Shown: positions 26,278 to 39,395, counted from the whole stretch's first letter. The stretch is DNA of 63,599 nt, filler included, from Reticulomyxa filosa (GCA_000512085.1; 28 parts of 28 records of this genome joined end to end with filler, not necessarily neighbours in it), one strand, 5' to 3'. Numbers and translations: made by a program. The notes: generated by a model from the sequence alone, not told the origin.

Positions 26278-26824
26278 ATGACTTCTGAGTATATAACAAA
26301 TACTAATGAGCCTGGAAATGAGAACTCATCTCCACTTGTGGATGTGGCCTCATTGTTGAATCTTCCAAGCTTGAGTGAAAAGGATAAAAGGACAATATTG
26401 CAAGCCTTTGAACAATTACAACAACCAAAAGTTGTACTCATATCAATAGAAGAACACGAAAAAAAGAAAGAGTTGGAAAAGAAAAAGGAGGAAATAAAAC
26501 AAAAACAGGATGAATATGATAAATGGTTAAAGATATTAAAACAAAATAGTGAAGAAATAAAAAAGAAATTAATAAAACAATGGATGAACTTATTGCAAAT
26601 GTTAATCAAAAAAGATATGATTTGATTAATCATGTGGATAGTATTCTTTCTGAAAAAATGCGACAGTGTTCATTTCACGTTCAATTTTTGCAACATTCAC
26701 TCCAAAATTTTTCCAATGTTATCCTATTTTTTTTTTTTCTTAACATAGGAAAAAACAATTAATTTTTTTTTTTTTTTTTAAAAAGTACATTAAAGAAATT
26801 GAAAGTATGTGGAAGACAAATACA
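26278..26824 (+). CDS. Coiled-coil protein, 5' part (B-box-associated coiled-coil-like), one frameshift
   Basis: ORFs 26278-26625 and 26580-26762 join by a one-base shift; heptad pattern. Confidence 0.4.
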
Positions 26825-27031
26825 NNNNNNNNNNNNNNNNNNNNNNNNNNNNNNNNNNNNNNNNNNNNTTAATTAATTAANNNNNNNNNNNNNNNNNNNN
26901 NNNNNNNNNNNNNNNNNNNNNNNNGTTGTTGTTGTTGTTGTTCTGTTTTTCTTTCGTTTCACTTTCAGTGAAAAATTTCTCCAAAAAACATGTGATCACT
27001 TTTTGGAACAGCTCATAGAAGATATCTAAAT

Positions 27032-27480
27032 TTACCCACGTATCTTTTCGTGTCTTTTTATATGTTTATGTTTTTTCTCTTTTGAATACTCTGACGAACG
27101 CAACAAACTCAACAACAACAAAATGGTCACTTTTCTAACATTCGCAACGATCCCAACAGTGATCGAATTAAACGTCTTCGCAAATATAAAGTCAATGTAA
27201 CCCTTTTCAGTCGCAGATTCTTTTTCGTCATCGCTTATTGTTTTTAGACAACTCTTTATTGTTATCTCGTCCCACGTACGTCCATTCATATAGCGCTCAA
27301 TCTGTTTCTCATAGTTGCTTTTCTTGCTCGTGCCTACAATTGCCAGTTTCTTGCTATTCAAATATATAAAGCAACATTTTATTTGTGCTTCCGTCATTTG
27401 TATTGCAATAGCTCCACTGCTCGTTTTTTTTTTATGCTTCAAATATTCAACTGGATTTGTTACAGACGCTCTTACAGCAA
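27032..27480 (-). pseudogene. Degenerate HEAT/ARM-like repeat fragment
   Basis: GAIAIQMTEAQIKCCFIYL and SCLKTIS resemble HEAT helical repeats; broken frame. Confidence 0.3.
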
Positions 27481-29484
27481 AAAAAAACTTTCAACACACT
27501 CATTGTGATTGAGTACAACAATTAAAATAATTACTTAAACATCTGTTTTTATAATGTTGTCGTTATGACCTTGAATATCATAAGATTGATGTGCTCTATT
27601 TTTTTCAGCTTTTGCTTTTTTTTTATTATAACAAATAAATTATTCCATGTTAATATTAGCAACTTTCTTCAGTAAATGTTGACTTTTTACAAAGACCTTC
27701 TGTTTGCTATTATACTTTCAATCGATTACGATTTTTCGAATGTGATCTACTGTTGGGCGTGGTTTTCGAACTCCACGTGCTGAGATTTGTTTGCCTCTGT
27801 CAATAAAATGATGCCTATGACTCCGGAAAATTTAGGTGATATATCTAAAATCAACAATGCTGACATCGCCTACATGTTAAAAACTTGTGATCTTTAGATC
27901 AATTGCTTTATTTTTTTTTGAAAAAAAGGTTGAAGAGGTAGCGGACATCAATCGCTGTCCTGCAATGTATGGACTTTTTTTGTTGATACCATTTTCTTTT
28001 GATGGGGGGGGGGGAATGGGATGGGATTGNNNNNNNNNNNNNNNNNNNNNNNNNNNNNNNNNNNNNNNNNNNNTTAATTAATTAANNNNNNNNNNNNNNN
28101 NNNNNNNNNNNNNNNNNNNNNNNNNNNNNCAAGTATTTGCTGGAGTGAATACGTTCGTCTTTCTTCGATAATCACCAATGATGTGTTATTCATGTGAATA
28201 TGGATTGAAGCAACAAAAAATGTTTTCAAGTGGATATTGTCATCAAAAATAACAATGTGAATACAATCAATCAGTGGAATGGAACATAATTGTATTGCTA
28301 TTGACGTTTTTTTGATCTATCACAATACAGCGCAAAGTGGATTGTTATGTTGGTTCACAAGCCAATCAACATTATATATACAATCAAATAAAGGGAAATT
28401 GATCAGAGCTGTGATGATATTAATACGAGAGACAAAGAATAGATGGAATGTTCAAATTTGTGGAGAATTCTCTCGTGGCATGCAATCCTGCCATTAGTCG
28501 AATTCAAAACACATAGCGGATATTACCAACATCAGAACAGCGGAAAAAAAGGTATTCAAAATGACAAATATCAACCAAAAGCGAAGAAAGGCAGCTTTAT
28601 TTGAAGGTATATGTTACTTTTATCATATTTTCAGCTTTTGTGACGTGTTTTAACCAAAAACAATGTGAGCATGGATCATTACATTGTAGAATGATTTGCC
28701 TTAGATTTGGAATGAAAGAAAGAGGAAGAGGCAGAACAACAAGAAAAGAGTAAATTAAGGGAATGGAAAAAGAAAAAAAATCAATAGTGTTAGTGGATTA
28801 TCTTAAAAAGATATGACACTAGCAATAAATAGTACAAGGAATATGAATACATCAAGAAAAGCAAGGAGAAAATGAAAATGAAAGAGAATCGACACAATAA
28901 TCCCTTAAAAGTATTGGTATTCGTTTTATCAAAACTATGAATGGTTATGAGTGATGTCTATAAAACGAAATAAGTGATAATGAATTGTCTTGCGCTTGCA
29001 ATCACACAGCAACACTTGGATTAGCACGCAATACTTATTCAACGTACTCAAATTCATCAATGCGCATAATTTGGTCAACTGTCCGTCGCTGCCTTTTACA
29101 TGTATTTATGCTTGGCTGTATGGATTCCCGATATCGACACACCAAAGACACATTGAAACATTTCCAAAATGCAATTATTATGAATTTTCGTGTTGATTTA
29201 GTGGAAATATTATTGCAATTTGAATTGTTTTTTTCAATGAAAAAAAAAACCATTGTTGTCGTTGTCGAGTAAGATTGGAGGAAATGATTTGCTTAAAGTT
29301 AAAATATATTTATTATTTTTGTCTTTCTTTTTAAATAATTTGAATTAATTTGCTGTTTATTGTTTTTGTTTTTGCAACAACTAGNNNNNNNNNNNNNNNN
29401 NNNNNNNNNNNNNNNNNNNNNNNNNNNNTTAATTAATTAANNNNNNNNNNNNNNNNNNNNNNNNNNNNNNNNNNNNNNNNNNNN

Positions 29485-29652
29485 ACAATGATTCACAAAA
29501 AAGGACCATTTAATACTGCTGAAGAAATTTGGAACAAGTTCGAAACAGAATGGGAAAAAATAGAAACAAATATTCGAGAAACCTTAATAAAGTCGATTCC
29601 AAAGAAAATGCAGGCAGTTAAAAAAGCCAAAGGAAATATAACACGTCGGTAA
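29485..29652 (+). mobile_element. Tc1/mariner-family transposase C-terminal fragment
   Basis: EEIWNKFETEWEKI...RETLIKSIPKKMQAVKKAKGNITRR* matches the Tc1 C-terminal pattern W..I....LI.SMP.R..AVI.AKG..T.Y. Confidence 0.7.
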
Positions 29653-29777
29653 ATTCATTTTTTAAAAATAGTACTGAGTAAGATTGCAAATATTTAGATG
29701 TGGAGATAGTGAATCTCTTCGTATTGGGTAGCTATGAATGAGCAGATAAAGATACCAAAAACAACAGCAATACATGC

Positions 29778-32274
29778 TCACGTAAGATTAAAAACAGAAA
29801 CGATTGGCAAATGATCACTGAACCAGTTAGAATTAGGAAAGGGTGAGAGCCCGTCGTCTGGAAGGACAATACGAGACTCAACAGGTGTCAATACGCCATA
29901 AGCTTTGTTGGTATTTGTATAAAAAATGTAATCTAAGACCCCTTCAAATCCTCCCGTTTTGTTGGTGAATTTGCACTCCAGTTGATGAGAATGGGAGTCA
30001 CTCCAACTGCACTCAAAACCATCTTTAAATGGACTGAGAAAGACGATATCTTTCCAAAAGTAAGTGTGCAAACAAGGCAAGCATTTTTGCAAAGGATGTT
30101 TTTCACGATCTTCGGCCAGTTTTTTTCATCCTCAAATTTTATTGCTGAAAAGATGTTTTCAAATCTTTCCGCCTCTTTTTGTGTCTTGCCCCCCCACCAA
30201 TACATTTGCTTACACGTGACGCATTGATAAAATGACAACTGTCTACCCTCCTCATCAACTCCGTTTTTCAGTCCCTCCGGAATCGCGTCACTATCATGTA
30301 CCGCGTCGCTCTGAATACTAGAAAACGAGCCATTGCACAATGAGCATCTAATTTATATGTTAAATACAAACAAACAAAAAAAACAAAGTAAATAAATTAT
30401 ATACATATACACATATATGTGTATGTATATATTTCAATTACCTTGTGAACAGAGCTTGTTGGTCATATGAAATACCGAAATACTGAATCAAATACTGCAA
30501 GTTGAGAATCATATCATTAGAATGCAGAAACACATGAGGAGGGCAATCTCTTCTGGCTGCCAACTGTTTGGACTTAGTGATTAAATACCGACCCTGCTGT
30601 TTTGCAACATCGAACAATTTTTTGCAATCACGAGCCAAGGACGATTGACTTTTCGACCATTGTTTTTTATTCCCCGATTTTGATTCATTCTTGTTGCCAT
30701 TGGCGGTTGTTTCTTTAATTACAGACGCATATGCCTGCGACGTAGCACTTTCATCGTCGTTGTTATTTTTATTCGCACTTTCATTTCCATTTGCATTCGC
30801 ATTGTTATCTTCTCTTTCTTCATTCTCTTTTCTATCATCCTTTTTCTTTTTCTTTCCAGTAGTAGATATGGACGGCATGGACATGGACGAAAGAACGTCA
30901 TTTTTTTCGTCCACGATTGTGTTGATGGGCTTCTCAACTGTGGTGGGGTCAAAAAACTCATTATTTGCGTTTGTCGGATCAAAAAATGTAGTGTCTACAC
31001 CAATGGCCCGCATCCATCGAGCCAACTTATTCAAAGAGGGGTCCATTATCAATTTCAGCTCCGAATTGCCATGCGCCTTCATTGTGTGCGTTCCTTTTGC
31101 CAAGTACTGAAATGCACCGCTCCCAGGAATTGCATTGAAGTCACCTTTTTGTGCATACAAAATACACAGATATATGCAAAATCTTTCCTTAACAAAAAAA
31201 ATATATTTATATACATATGTATATAATATAATAATATAAATGTATATTACATAATAAATATATATACATATACATATATATATATGTATATGTATATATG
31301 TTGCATGCTCGAATTGGTTGCACATTATTAAAACAAAAAAAAAGTTTAAAGATGCGAAAAAACAACACAACAAACCGGTAAGTAAGATAGAAACATTTTG
31401 AATGTTTTGATCAGTATGCATAATTTGAGAGGCAACATAATGCAGGATATTAACAATATATGCACATTGTCGCAATCGGACGTCTCCTTTCAACCAGTGG
31501 TAGTACAAATGGCACGTGCAAAACAAAATCACGTGATTGGGCCTGTGTTGAAGCAACACAAACGAGGCGACGTTATCTCTACGATAATGATTTTGCACAT
31601 TCGTCGAGGTGCACGCATCCGCCAGATCGTTCAACTCAATAGTCATTGGGTTCGAAAAGGTCGGAAATTTCTTGTCCGTATCATACATCGCAAAATGTTT
31701 CTTTGACCATAGCAATAGACAACCTTTTTTTTTTTTTTTGCATAAAACATACATATGCATATGTACATATATACATATATGCATATATGTTTATTATATT
31801 TTTGTCAACAGAAAAAAATACCATCAGTTTTTTGTCTTGTTCTTTTTGCATAATAGTAATGATAACGATCTTGTAGGGCATTATGATGTCGGTGGGGTGA
31901 TCGACTTCTTGCAATGCGATAAGCTCACTGTTGCATGCGCTCAGAAATTGCAATAAATGAGTCAATCGTTGCTCCCATTTGAGTTGATCTGTTGGGCAGT
32001 ACGGATATTGCTTTGGACTGCAGTACTCGTCGGACAATATATTCAATGTTGTCACACGAAATCGAAACGATTTTTCGTCGTGCTTTTGCTCCATTAATGA
32101 GTCGATATGCTCCAAAGAGCGTTTCAACTTTTCAGATAGTCTTATTGCCAATTGCTTTTCCCCTTTGCTTTCACTGGAATCATTCTTTCCTTTGGGTGAT
32201 TGTTTCGTTTTTTTTTTTTTTGAGAGACGTGACACAAGTTTTGCATTAGTACACAAGCAAAAATTTGTTCGCAC
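29778..32274 (-). CDS. CCR4/nocturnin/angel-family EEP nuclease with an inserted Mut7-C RNase module (multi-exon; frameshift at A-run near 30120-30126)
   Basis: EEP: RVTTLNILSD.Y..YPYC...LKWEQR, LIALQEVD, GCLLLW, RRDNVA, TCHLYY, GDFNA.P, FTNKT..F.GVLDYIFY, PN..W.SDHLP. Mut7-C: IMDPSLNKLARWMRAIGVDT, AKQQGRYLIT, FTRCSLCNG, FYQCVTCKQMYWWG. Confidence 0.85.
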
Positions 32275-32398
32275 CGTGTGTGATTGATATATTTTGTTNN
32301 NNNNNNNNNNNNNNNNNNNNNNNNNNNNNNNNNNNNNNNNNNTTAATTAATTAANNNNNNNNNNNNNNNNNNNNNNNNNNNNNNNNNNNNNNNNNNNN

Positions 32399-34278
32399 CG
32401 ATATTCCAAGTACTCGATGGCCAGGATACTAATTACACACAACGATTATCAAAATAAAAAAAAGTGTGAGCAAAAAAAAAGAAAATTATTTTTTTATAAA
32501 TATTTTTGTTTTTTTTTCTTACAAATTGAAAGCAATACAAATCCTGGTCAGACGAGTTGATCTTACTAGCCATTATGTAATAGGCTTCGAATAGTTGTCG
32601 GTATCTTGAATGTAACAAACAAAAGTAAAAACGTTTGCCAACTACTTTTCTCTTGAATTGCACATTGTTAACGGTCGCTTAACTCAGAGCTGGTTTTGGC
32701 TGCCTTTATTTTTTGAGAAATGAATTTGTATAAAGTCAGGAACTCTTGAGACTTATTGGGACTTTCCCAAATTCCGCGGAGCTATTATGACAACCAATAT
32801 TGGTGATTTTCATGTCGGCACTAAATACACATGAACAATTTACTTGAGAAAAACAAATAACAAACAAAAAATTTTAAAAAAAGTAATAAAAAACATCATC
32901 AAATTGTAGTATAACATTGGCAAGCAGCAAATCTACGATTTTGGGCACATGAAACAGATGATATCCCTGCATCCCCAGCAACTGTCGAATTGCATCTTCA
33001 AACCGGTCTTCTCGTTTTCCTTGAGAAAACTGTTTGATGACAGTTTTTAACAATTCTTGATACTTTCGAGCTTTATCTTGTTGTGTTTGGATCCGTCTTA
33101 ATGTGTAATCCAGTGTACCACAGTATCTTCCAAACTCCAATTTGGCACATAACTTTTGGATATAACGATATAACAAATAACAGGTTTTGTCTCCCAAGAA
33201 CATTCGAAATTCGGCATTTTCTTCCATTGTAATCTTCTTCAGTGGCGAATGGATTTCTTTATTCCTTTCTTCTTTTAACTTGGAAAGCGTGGTTTCGACT
33301 TTGTTAGTTTATGGTTATACGTGCATATATGACAAGATATTTTTTGCCTGAATTATGTCAACAAAGTATTTCTACTTAACATTCAATTTCCAAGCGAGCA
33401 GAATCGCTATTATTCAAGAGCAGAACAAAGGTTTCGGATCGTTTGTTTTTATCTTTCGACTCTTTTTTTTCCGATTTGTGTTTTGTGTGCTCGCCATCTC
33501 CATCTTCGGCATCTTCGTCCTCCGCTTGTTCTCGTTCATGCTCTTCTTCGTCTGCATCAACTTCTGCTTCTGCCTCTTCTTCTTCTTCCTCGTCTTCGTC
33601 TTCTTCCTTTTTGACTTTCCCCTCCTCTCCTCCTGCTTCTCGCGGTTCCGCTTTTGCTCTTTTTTCCTCGGCATTGCTTCTTTGTGTCGAGTCTTTTTCT
33701 TTCGACTTGTCCAACGTTTCTGGGGACGCTGATGTCGACATAAATGAGGTTATCAAATCTTCCGAAAATTGCAAGTCAAACATATCGCCACACAAACTTT
33801 TCCACAGCTCCAAAAACTGTTCCAAAATTGGGATCAATTATTATTTATTATTATTATTATTATTGTTATTATTTTAAATTAAAAAAGAAACAATGTAAAC
33901 AACAACTTGTCTGTGTGACGCACATGCAGATATAAATTATAACTATAATATATATATATATATATATATGTATATGTATATGTATGTACAAAGTGTTTAT
34001 TCCAACTCAACAGCATATCTTTCTTTTTTGGATGTATCATTTTTTGCAAAGGCAAAAACGAGGGTCGATACATCTCGTAACGTGGACGGATTCGCGAGTA
34101 AGAAGCGCATGTCATGGCAGTCGATACTGGCGATATGGGTACGCTGTAGCGTGCCTCGTTCCGAGTTCAATGGGGCGATCATTTGTTGCAAAATGGCGTT
34201 GGAATTGATGACCCCAACTCCATCGACCACTCCTGACATCATTAGCGACTGGCTTTTCGTTGTGCTCGAAGAGGAAGA
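32399..34278 (-). CDS. SIN3: Sin3-like corepressor, C-terminal region (partial)
   Basis: F.GD..CYLLYRYIQKLC.KL...YQELL....QG...DRFEDAIRQLLG.QGY.LF.V.KIV matches my recollection of the Sin3 C-terminal domain; acidic linker upstream. Confidence 0.6.
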
Positions 34279-34378
34279 NNNNNNNNNNNNNNNNNNNNNN
34301 NNNNNNNNNNNNNNNNNNNNNNTTAATTAATTAANNNNNNNNNNNNNNNNNNNNNNNNNNNNNNNNNNNNNNNNNNNN

Positions 34379-35871
34379 CAATACCAACATCAATACCAAT
34401 ACTAACAACATCATAAATAATAACATGTTCAAAAAAATGTGTAAATCTTCTCACAATTTCCGTGTCTTGTCGTACAATTGCTTGGCACCTATTTATTGTA
34501 ATGAACATGCTTATCCTTACGTGAATTCGCACGTGTTGAACTGGGATTATCGAAAGTATAATATCACGCGTGAAATATTGCGCTATTGTCCAGACATTAT
34601 TTGTTTGCAGGAAGTGCAATTGAATCATTTTGAGGAATTCTTTCAAAAAGAGTTTCAAGAACACAATTACGAAGGCATATTTCGAACAAAAACTCGAGAT
34701 TCGATAAGGGAAAAACGATCAATTGACGGATGTGCCATTTTCTTTAATAAAAATCGATATGATGTTCGCAGTCGATATCACGTGGACTTCAATGAAACTG
34801 CCCGACAATATCTGGCTCAGCATTTCCATTTGGACCCCAAAAACATTCCCAAAGATACCCAGCATCCATGTCGACAAATGATTCGACGTTTGCACAAAGG
34901 CAACGTTGCTTTGATCTTGCTATTGACAGAGAAAACCAATTCGGCATATGACCACCCTCACGAACTGATTGTGGCTAATACACATATGTACTGGGACCCC
35001 AAGTTCACCGACGTCAAAGTGTGGCAAACGTATATGCTGTGCAAAGAATTGCAAAAGCTGCGAGCCCTGGGCCACAATGCGCCTATTGTTCTGTGTGGTG
35101 ATTTCAACAGTGAGCCATCATCTGCCGTTTATCAAATTTTGGTTCAATCCAAAATCGACAAGACAGCGTATAATGTTAAGTTGGTGTCTTCACGAATAAC
35201 AATACAAATTGTTTTATGCACGTACAATCATGTGCATATATTATGGACATAGATACACCATATTGTAAATAGATTAATTAATTAAATAATTCAATAAATA
35301 TATATATATATATATATATACATATATATAAAAAGGAATTAATTAAAGAATATGGCGAACAAAATATTCCATCCTTGGAAGAATTACAACATGAACTAAA
35401 CTTTGTGAGCGCGTACACGAATGAACCGAAATACACTAATTACACCGCACATTACAAAGGCACTCTAGACTATGTGCTGTATTCGAAAGAAAAACTCTCG
35501 TGTCTCAGCCATTTGGAAGAAGTGGAAGAAACACAGCTTTCCAAGGAAATGGCATTACCCAATTCGGTGCATTCTTCTGACCACGTCCCTCTGATGGCCG
35601 AGTTTGGGTATAACGATGATATCAAATCTTTTCACAATGATTTGTCCAACCAACATCAACAACAGCAGCCGTTGTTTCAGTCGAATTCACCAAACAATCA
35701 CATTTCAAAACGTGGCAACGATGATAAATTGAAAATGAAAGCAAAGCCAATTTTGTCGTCCCAAAATACAGCGTCTGCTGCTACTGCAGTTGTATTGAAC
35801 AGTAAAAATCCCAAAGATTTGGTATCTTCTTCAAATCAGTCCAGCTCTGGTCACAATCACAATCACAATCA
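34379..35871 (+). CDS. CCR4: CCR4/CNOT6-type deadenylase (EEP domain), partial; intron about 35184-35335
   Basis: FRVLSYNCLA..Y...YPY....LNWDYRK, DIICLQEV, IDGCAIFF, KGNVAL, VANTHMYWDP.FTDVK.WQ, LCGDFNS.P.SAVY, EP.YTNYT..YKGTLDY, LPN..SSDH.PL.AEF. Confidence 0.9.
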
Positions 35872-37060
35872 NNNNNNNNNNNNNNNNNNNNNNNNNNNNN
35901 NNNNNNNNNNNNNNNTTAATTAATTAANNNNNNNNNNNNNNNNNNNNNNNNNNNNNNNNNNNNNNNNNNNNGATATGCGGTGGAATGAACACGACTAGCT
36001 GATGTCCACTGCAATGCGAATGATATTTTTGGAGATATATTTGCTGGCAATGACAAGAGACATGTCGTATGGGTTGTCGAACACTGGAACCCACACTTTG
36101 ATTTGGACGCCTTCGAGCACGATGAAGCTTCGAAAGTTTTTGGTGATCTTTAAGGCGCGGGCTTCGTAGGCCTCTCCGAACTCGAACTCGTTGACCCTGG
36201 CGCCATCGGCAAGGGTTTCAAACTTGAACTGAACGAGATCATATGGCAACGAATGAGATGAAGCAATATTTGGCGGGTGCGACAGTGTGCATTTGAGGAA
36301 CTCAAGAATGAATTTGACTTTTTGCCCTCCAAGACCTGCAAAGACTCAGCTTTAGGTCTGTCAGTGACAGTGAATGAGGGCTAGACAATCAGCATACCGA
36401 CTTGGTCATTTAGTACCGGTGAGAAGAACAGTCAAGGTGACAAGCTGAGTGGTGATATCATTGTTGGCAAAGACGAAGCGTGCGACGCCGTAGTAAGCGT
36501 CGACTTGAGCAGGTCGTCGTCAATGGTTTCGGGTGGCAATGGTTTCCATATCTTGCTTGGCCAAGTTGTAGTAGCATTCTAAGGACGTGATCATTTCCTC
36601 AAAGTGAGACAGGATCATTTCGAACTGCAACTCGGGTCGGTGTAATGACACTATCAAAGCACCAAAATGCGCTAGGCGATGGTGTCTTTGAACGAGTCAA
36701 AGTACTTGCACATGGTGGCACTGAACAACAGACCACGATCCAGTTCCAACGCAATGGCATTTGCCGCCTGCGAAAGTCTTGCATAAATTGGTCGTGGATC
36801 TTTATCATTCCCCATTAGTCTTCGCTACCACTTTGCTGCGATGATATCTGCTGCTGTCGCATGAACGCCATTCTAAGTTCTTCACGCAATAGCACTTTTA
36901 TTTGATTCGAATTTCCAACAGTTTGTCAAACACCATCAAACTGTCCACAGACTTTTTGAACAAAACATTTACTCTTTTTCGATCATGTCTTTCATATCCG
37001 TCTACGCTTTTTTGAGAAACATCTTCTTTTCAATTTCGTCGTTGGCTTGCAGCAGCACGA

Positions 37061-37290
37061 TCAATTGGAACAACTGACGACTCCGAACATCACATTGTCG
37101 TGATAGTACTCAATTATCAAAGTCAGACACGTCATTAACATCGTGTGTCCACTATAAAACAAATCCGTTCGAGTGATTTTGTAACGTAAATTCACCAGCA
37201 ACGCCTCGTATAAGATATTGGCGCTCCATTGCTGCATTGGATATTCTTGGTATGGATTCGGCAATTACGTTCCCAATAAACACGACAACC
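37061..37290 (-). pseudogene. Sphingomyelin/IPC synthase-like (PAP2 family) fragment
   Basis: T*LPNPY...DLFYSGHT motif; in-frame stop upstream; abuts unrelated degenerate coding pieces. Confidence 0.55.
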
Positions 37291-37390
37291 NNNNNNNNNN
37301 NNNNNNNNNNNNNNNNNNNNNNNNNNNNNNNNNNTTAATTAATTAANNNNNNNNNNNNNNNNNNNNNNNNNNNNNNNNNNNNNNNNNNNN

Positions 37391-37812
37391 AGGATTCACA
37401 AAATGCAAAGAAGAAAAGAACATTGCAGAAAACATTTTTGGGACAAACCACTTTGGAATGTCCTTCTAAGCGACGAAAATTACAACAAGTAGCAATTACA
37501 GAAGACGCAGTACCCGATCCTTGGAGAGAACGTTTTTGTCGGAATGTTGAACGTAAGATTTCACGAGTTGGAAATAATTATCAAGCAACAATTCCAAGTC
37601 TTCAATGTAATTCCAAAGATATTGGAGGTGTTCTTATCAAAACAGAAGATATTCAAAAGCAAGCATGCTCCGTACCTCCGGAAAGCTGTAATAATTTGAA
37701 TTACAAAGAAGTGTCACTCAATAATGAAATTCTCTTCCTCAAACAATTGGATGATCTTTCTTTTGACAATGAAAAAGTAGAAGAAAAAACCAAAAAACAA
37801 CAACAAACTTAA
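37391..37812 (+). CDS. Protein with ELM2-like motif, 3' part
   Basis: SRVGNNYQATIP resembles the ELM2 start motif (IRVG..YQA.IP). Confidence 0.4.
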
Positions 37813-38332
37813 TAAAAATTTGTTTTCATTTTTTTCAAATACCATCAATTGTTTATTTTTTGATTTGATCAGCTTTTTTAAATTTTATTCTTGTATCCTT
37901 TATCATGTTCATTTTTTTTTTGAAAATATTTCCACCTTTTCACAAATTGATTTTTATCATTTTCAAACATTGGACAAAAAAAAACAAAAAATTGGACACG
38001 AATCAATTGTTTCCATATATATTTTTTCAATTATCTTGAAATGGAGAGATGTTCACAACAAATTAACGAAAGATGCTCCTTAATTTAATTAAATTAGATT
38101 GAACGTAGTTTATCTTCTTTTAGTATGAAACTATGTTTCGTAATTTTATTTTTGCTTTTATTAAAATGTACGCAATAGCATTTTTAGCAGGTTGAACTGA
38201 TGTTACAAAGCTGTTTTTTATTTCTTATTTCAATCAATTACAAGTACTTGAACACGTTTTTCTTGTTTATGCAAAAAGGGCTTGTTTAAAGAATTTTCCA
38301 AAATACTTGGAAAAACGTTTGCATATAAATAA

Positions 38333-38685
38333 ATGGCAACAACAAGCGAATTCGGTGAGGGTTCCGGCAAAAAACGGATTGACCGGAAGCAATGGTTGCG
38401 TGAGAATAAATTGAGTGATGTGGAGCACATATTTGAGGAAAGAGACATAGCTATTGAGGAGTTGACAGAGTTTGAAGAAGAGGAACTGAATGAATTTGCG
38501 AAGGACATTGGACTGGACACGCTCCAAAGACGAAGGTTCGTGAAAGCAATTTTGTCATTAGTGCAAAAGGGCGTGGAAACCGGACAGCCGATTGGAGTGG
38601 GAGGACAAACGTCTCAACAAGGTGAGGCAGGTCCTTCAACATCAGCAGACTCAGCATCGTCCCCAGTTTTGGCAAATAAAAAGTG
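38333..38685 (+). CDS. SAM-domain protein, first exon
   Basis: WLRENKL..VEHIFEERDI.IEEL.EF.EEEL.EF..DIGL....RRRFVKAI fits the SAM fold pattern; a GT donor and TA/A-rich intron follow. Confidence 0.7.
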
Positions 38686-38944
38686 GTAGTTGGGGGGGTA
38701 CAACAACAACAAAAAAATTGGATGACTAATCAAAAAAAAAAAAAAATACCCACATATGCATCTACATAATAAATAATAACAATAATAAAACATATACATT
38801 TTTACATCCACGAAATGTGAAAAAGGCAAAAGTGAATCCTAGTCNNNNNNNNNNNNNNNNNNNNNNNNNNNNNNNNNNNNNNNNNNNNTTAATTAATTAA
38901 NNNNNNNNNNNNNNNNNNNNNNNNNNNNNNNNNNNNNNNNNNNN

Positions 38945-39395
38945 ATGGAATGTGCAATCAGTGAGAGAAATTCGGAATTTCAGAGGATATAACGACTTAA
39001 TCGATTTTACAAAATTTTCATCATTTGATGGAATAATAAAATTATGTGATGTAAATACTATGAATATGATACAAACGTTAACTGATTATTCAGATCGCAT
39101 AGAAAGTGTTCAATTTTCGCCATCGTATCAACATCTGTGAATACAATCATTTTTTGTAATGTAAAAACAGGTGAAAGACTGAAAGAAATAAAATTAGATG
39201 ATGTAATACGCTCAAGATTTTCTCCAAATGGTCAATATATTGCCTCATCTTCATTATATAACATAATTCGAATATGGGATGTTAAATCAAGAAAAGAGAT
39301 GAAACAATTAGAAGGACATGGACAAGTATAATAAATGATGAAAATAAATCAAAAATAGTAGTTCAATCAAAGGCCCAATTTATGTTTGGGATGAA
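38945..39395 (+). pseudogene. WD40-repeat pseudogene
   Basis: SSFDGIIKLCD, VQFSP, RFSPNGQYIASSS...IRIWD..SRKEMKQLEGH, with frameshifts and stops. Confidence 0.75.

Noticed and set aside
30110-30130. A_AAA_AAC slippery heptamer as a programmed -1 frameshift (similar shifts at about 23490, 24040, 26570, 57835)
   Set aside because: All fall in A/T runs and are fixed by one base, so homopolymer sequencing error is the simpler explanation; raw reads would decide.
29485-35871. Apparent cluster of RNA-decay/chromatin genes (EEP-Mut7C, Sin3, CCR4)
   Set aside because: They lie on three separate contigs; proximity comes from concatenation.
36700-36745. LLFSATM as DEAD-box helicase motif III
   Set aside because: No other helicase motifs at the expected spacing.
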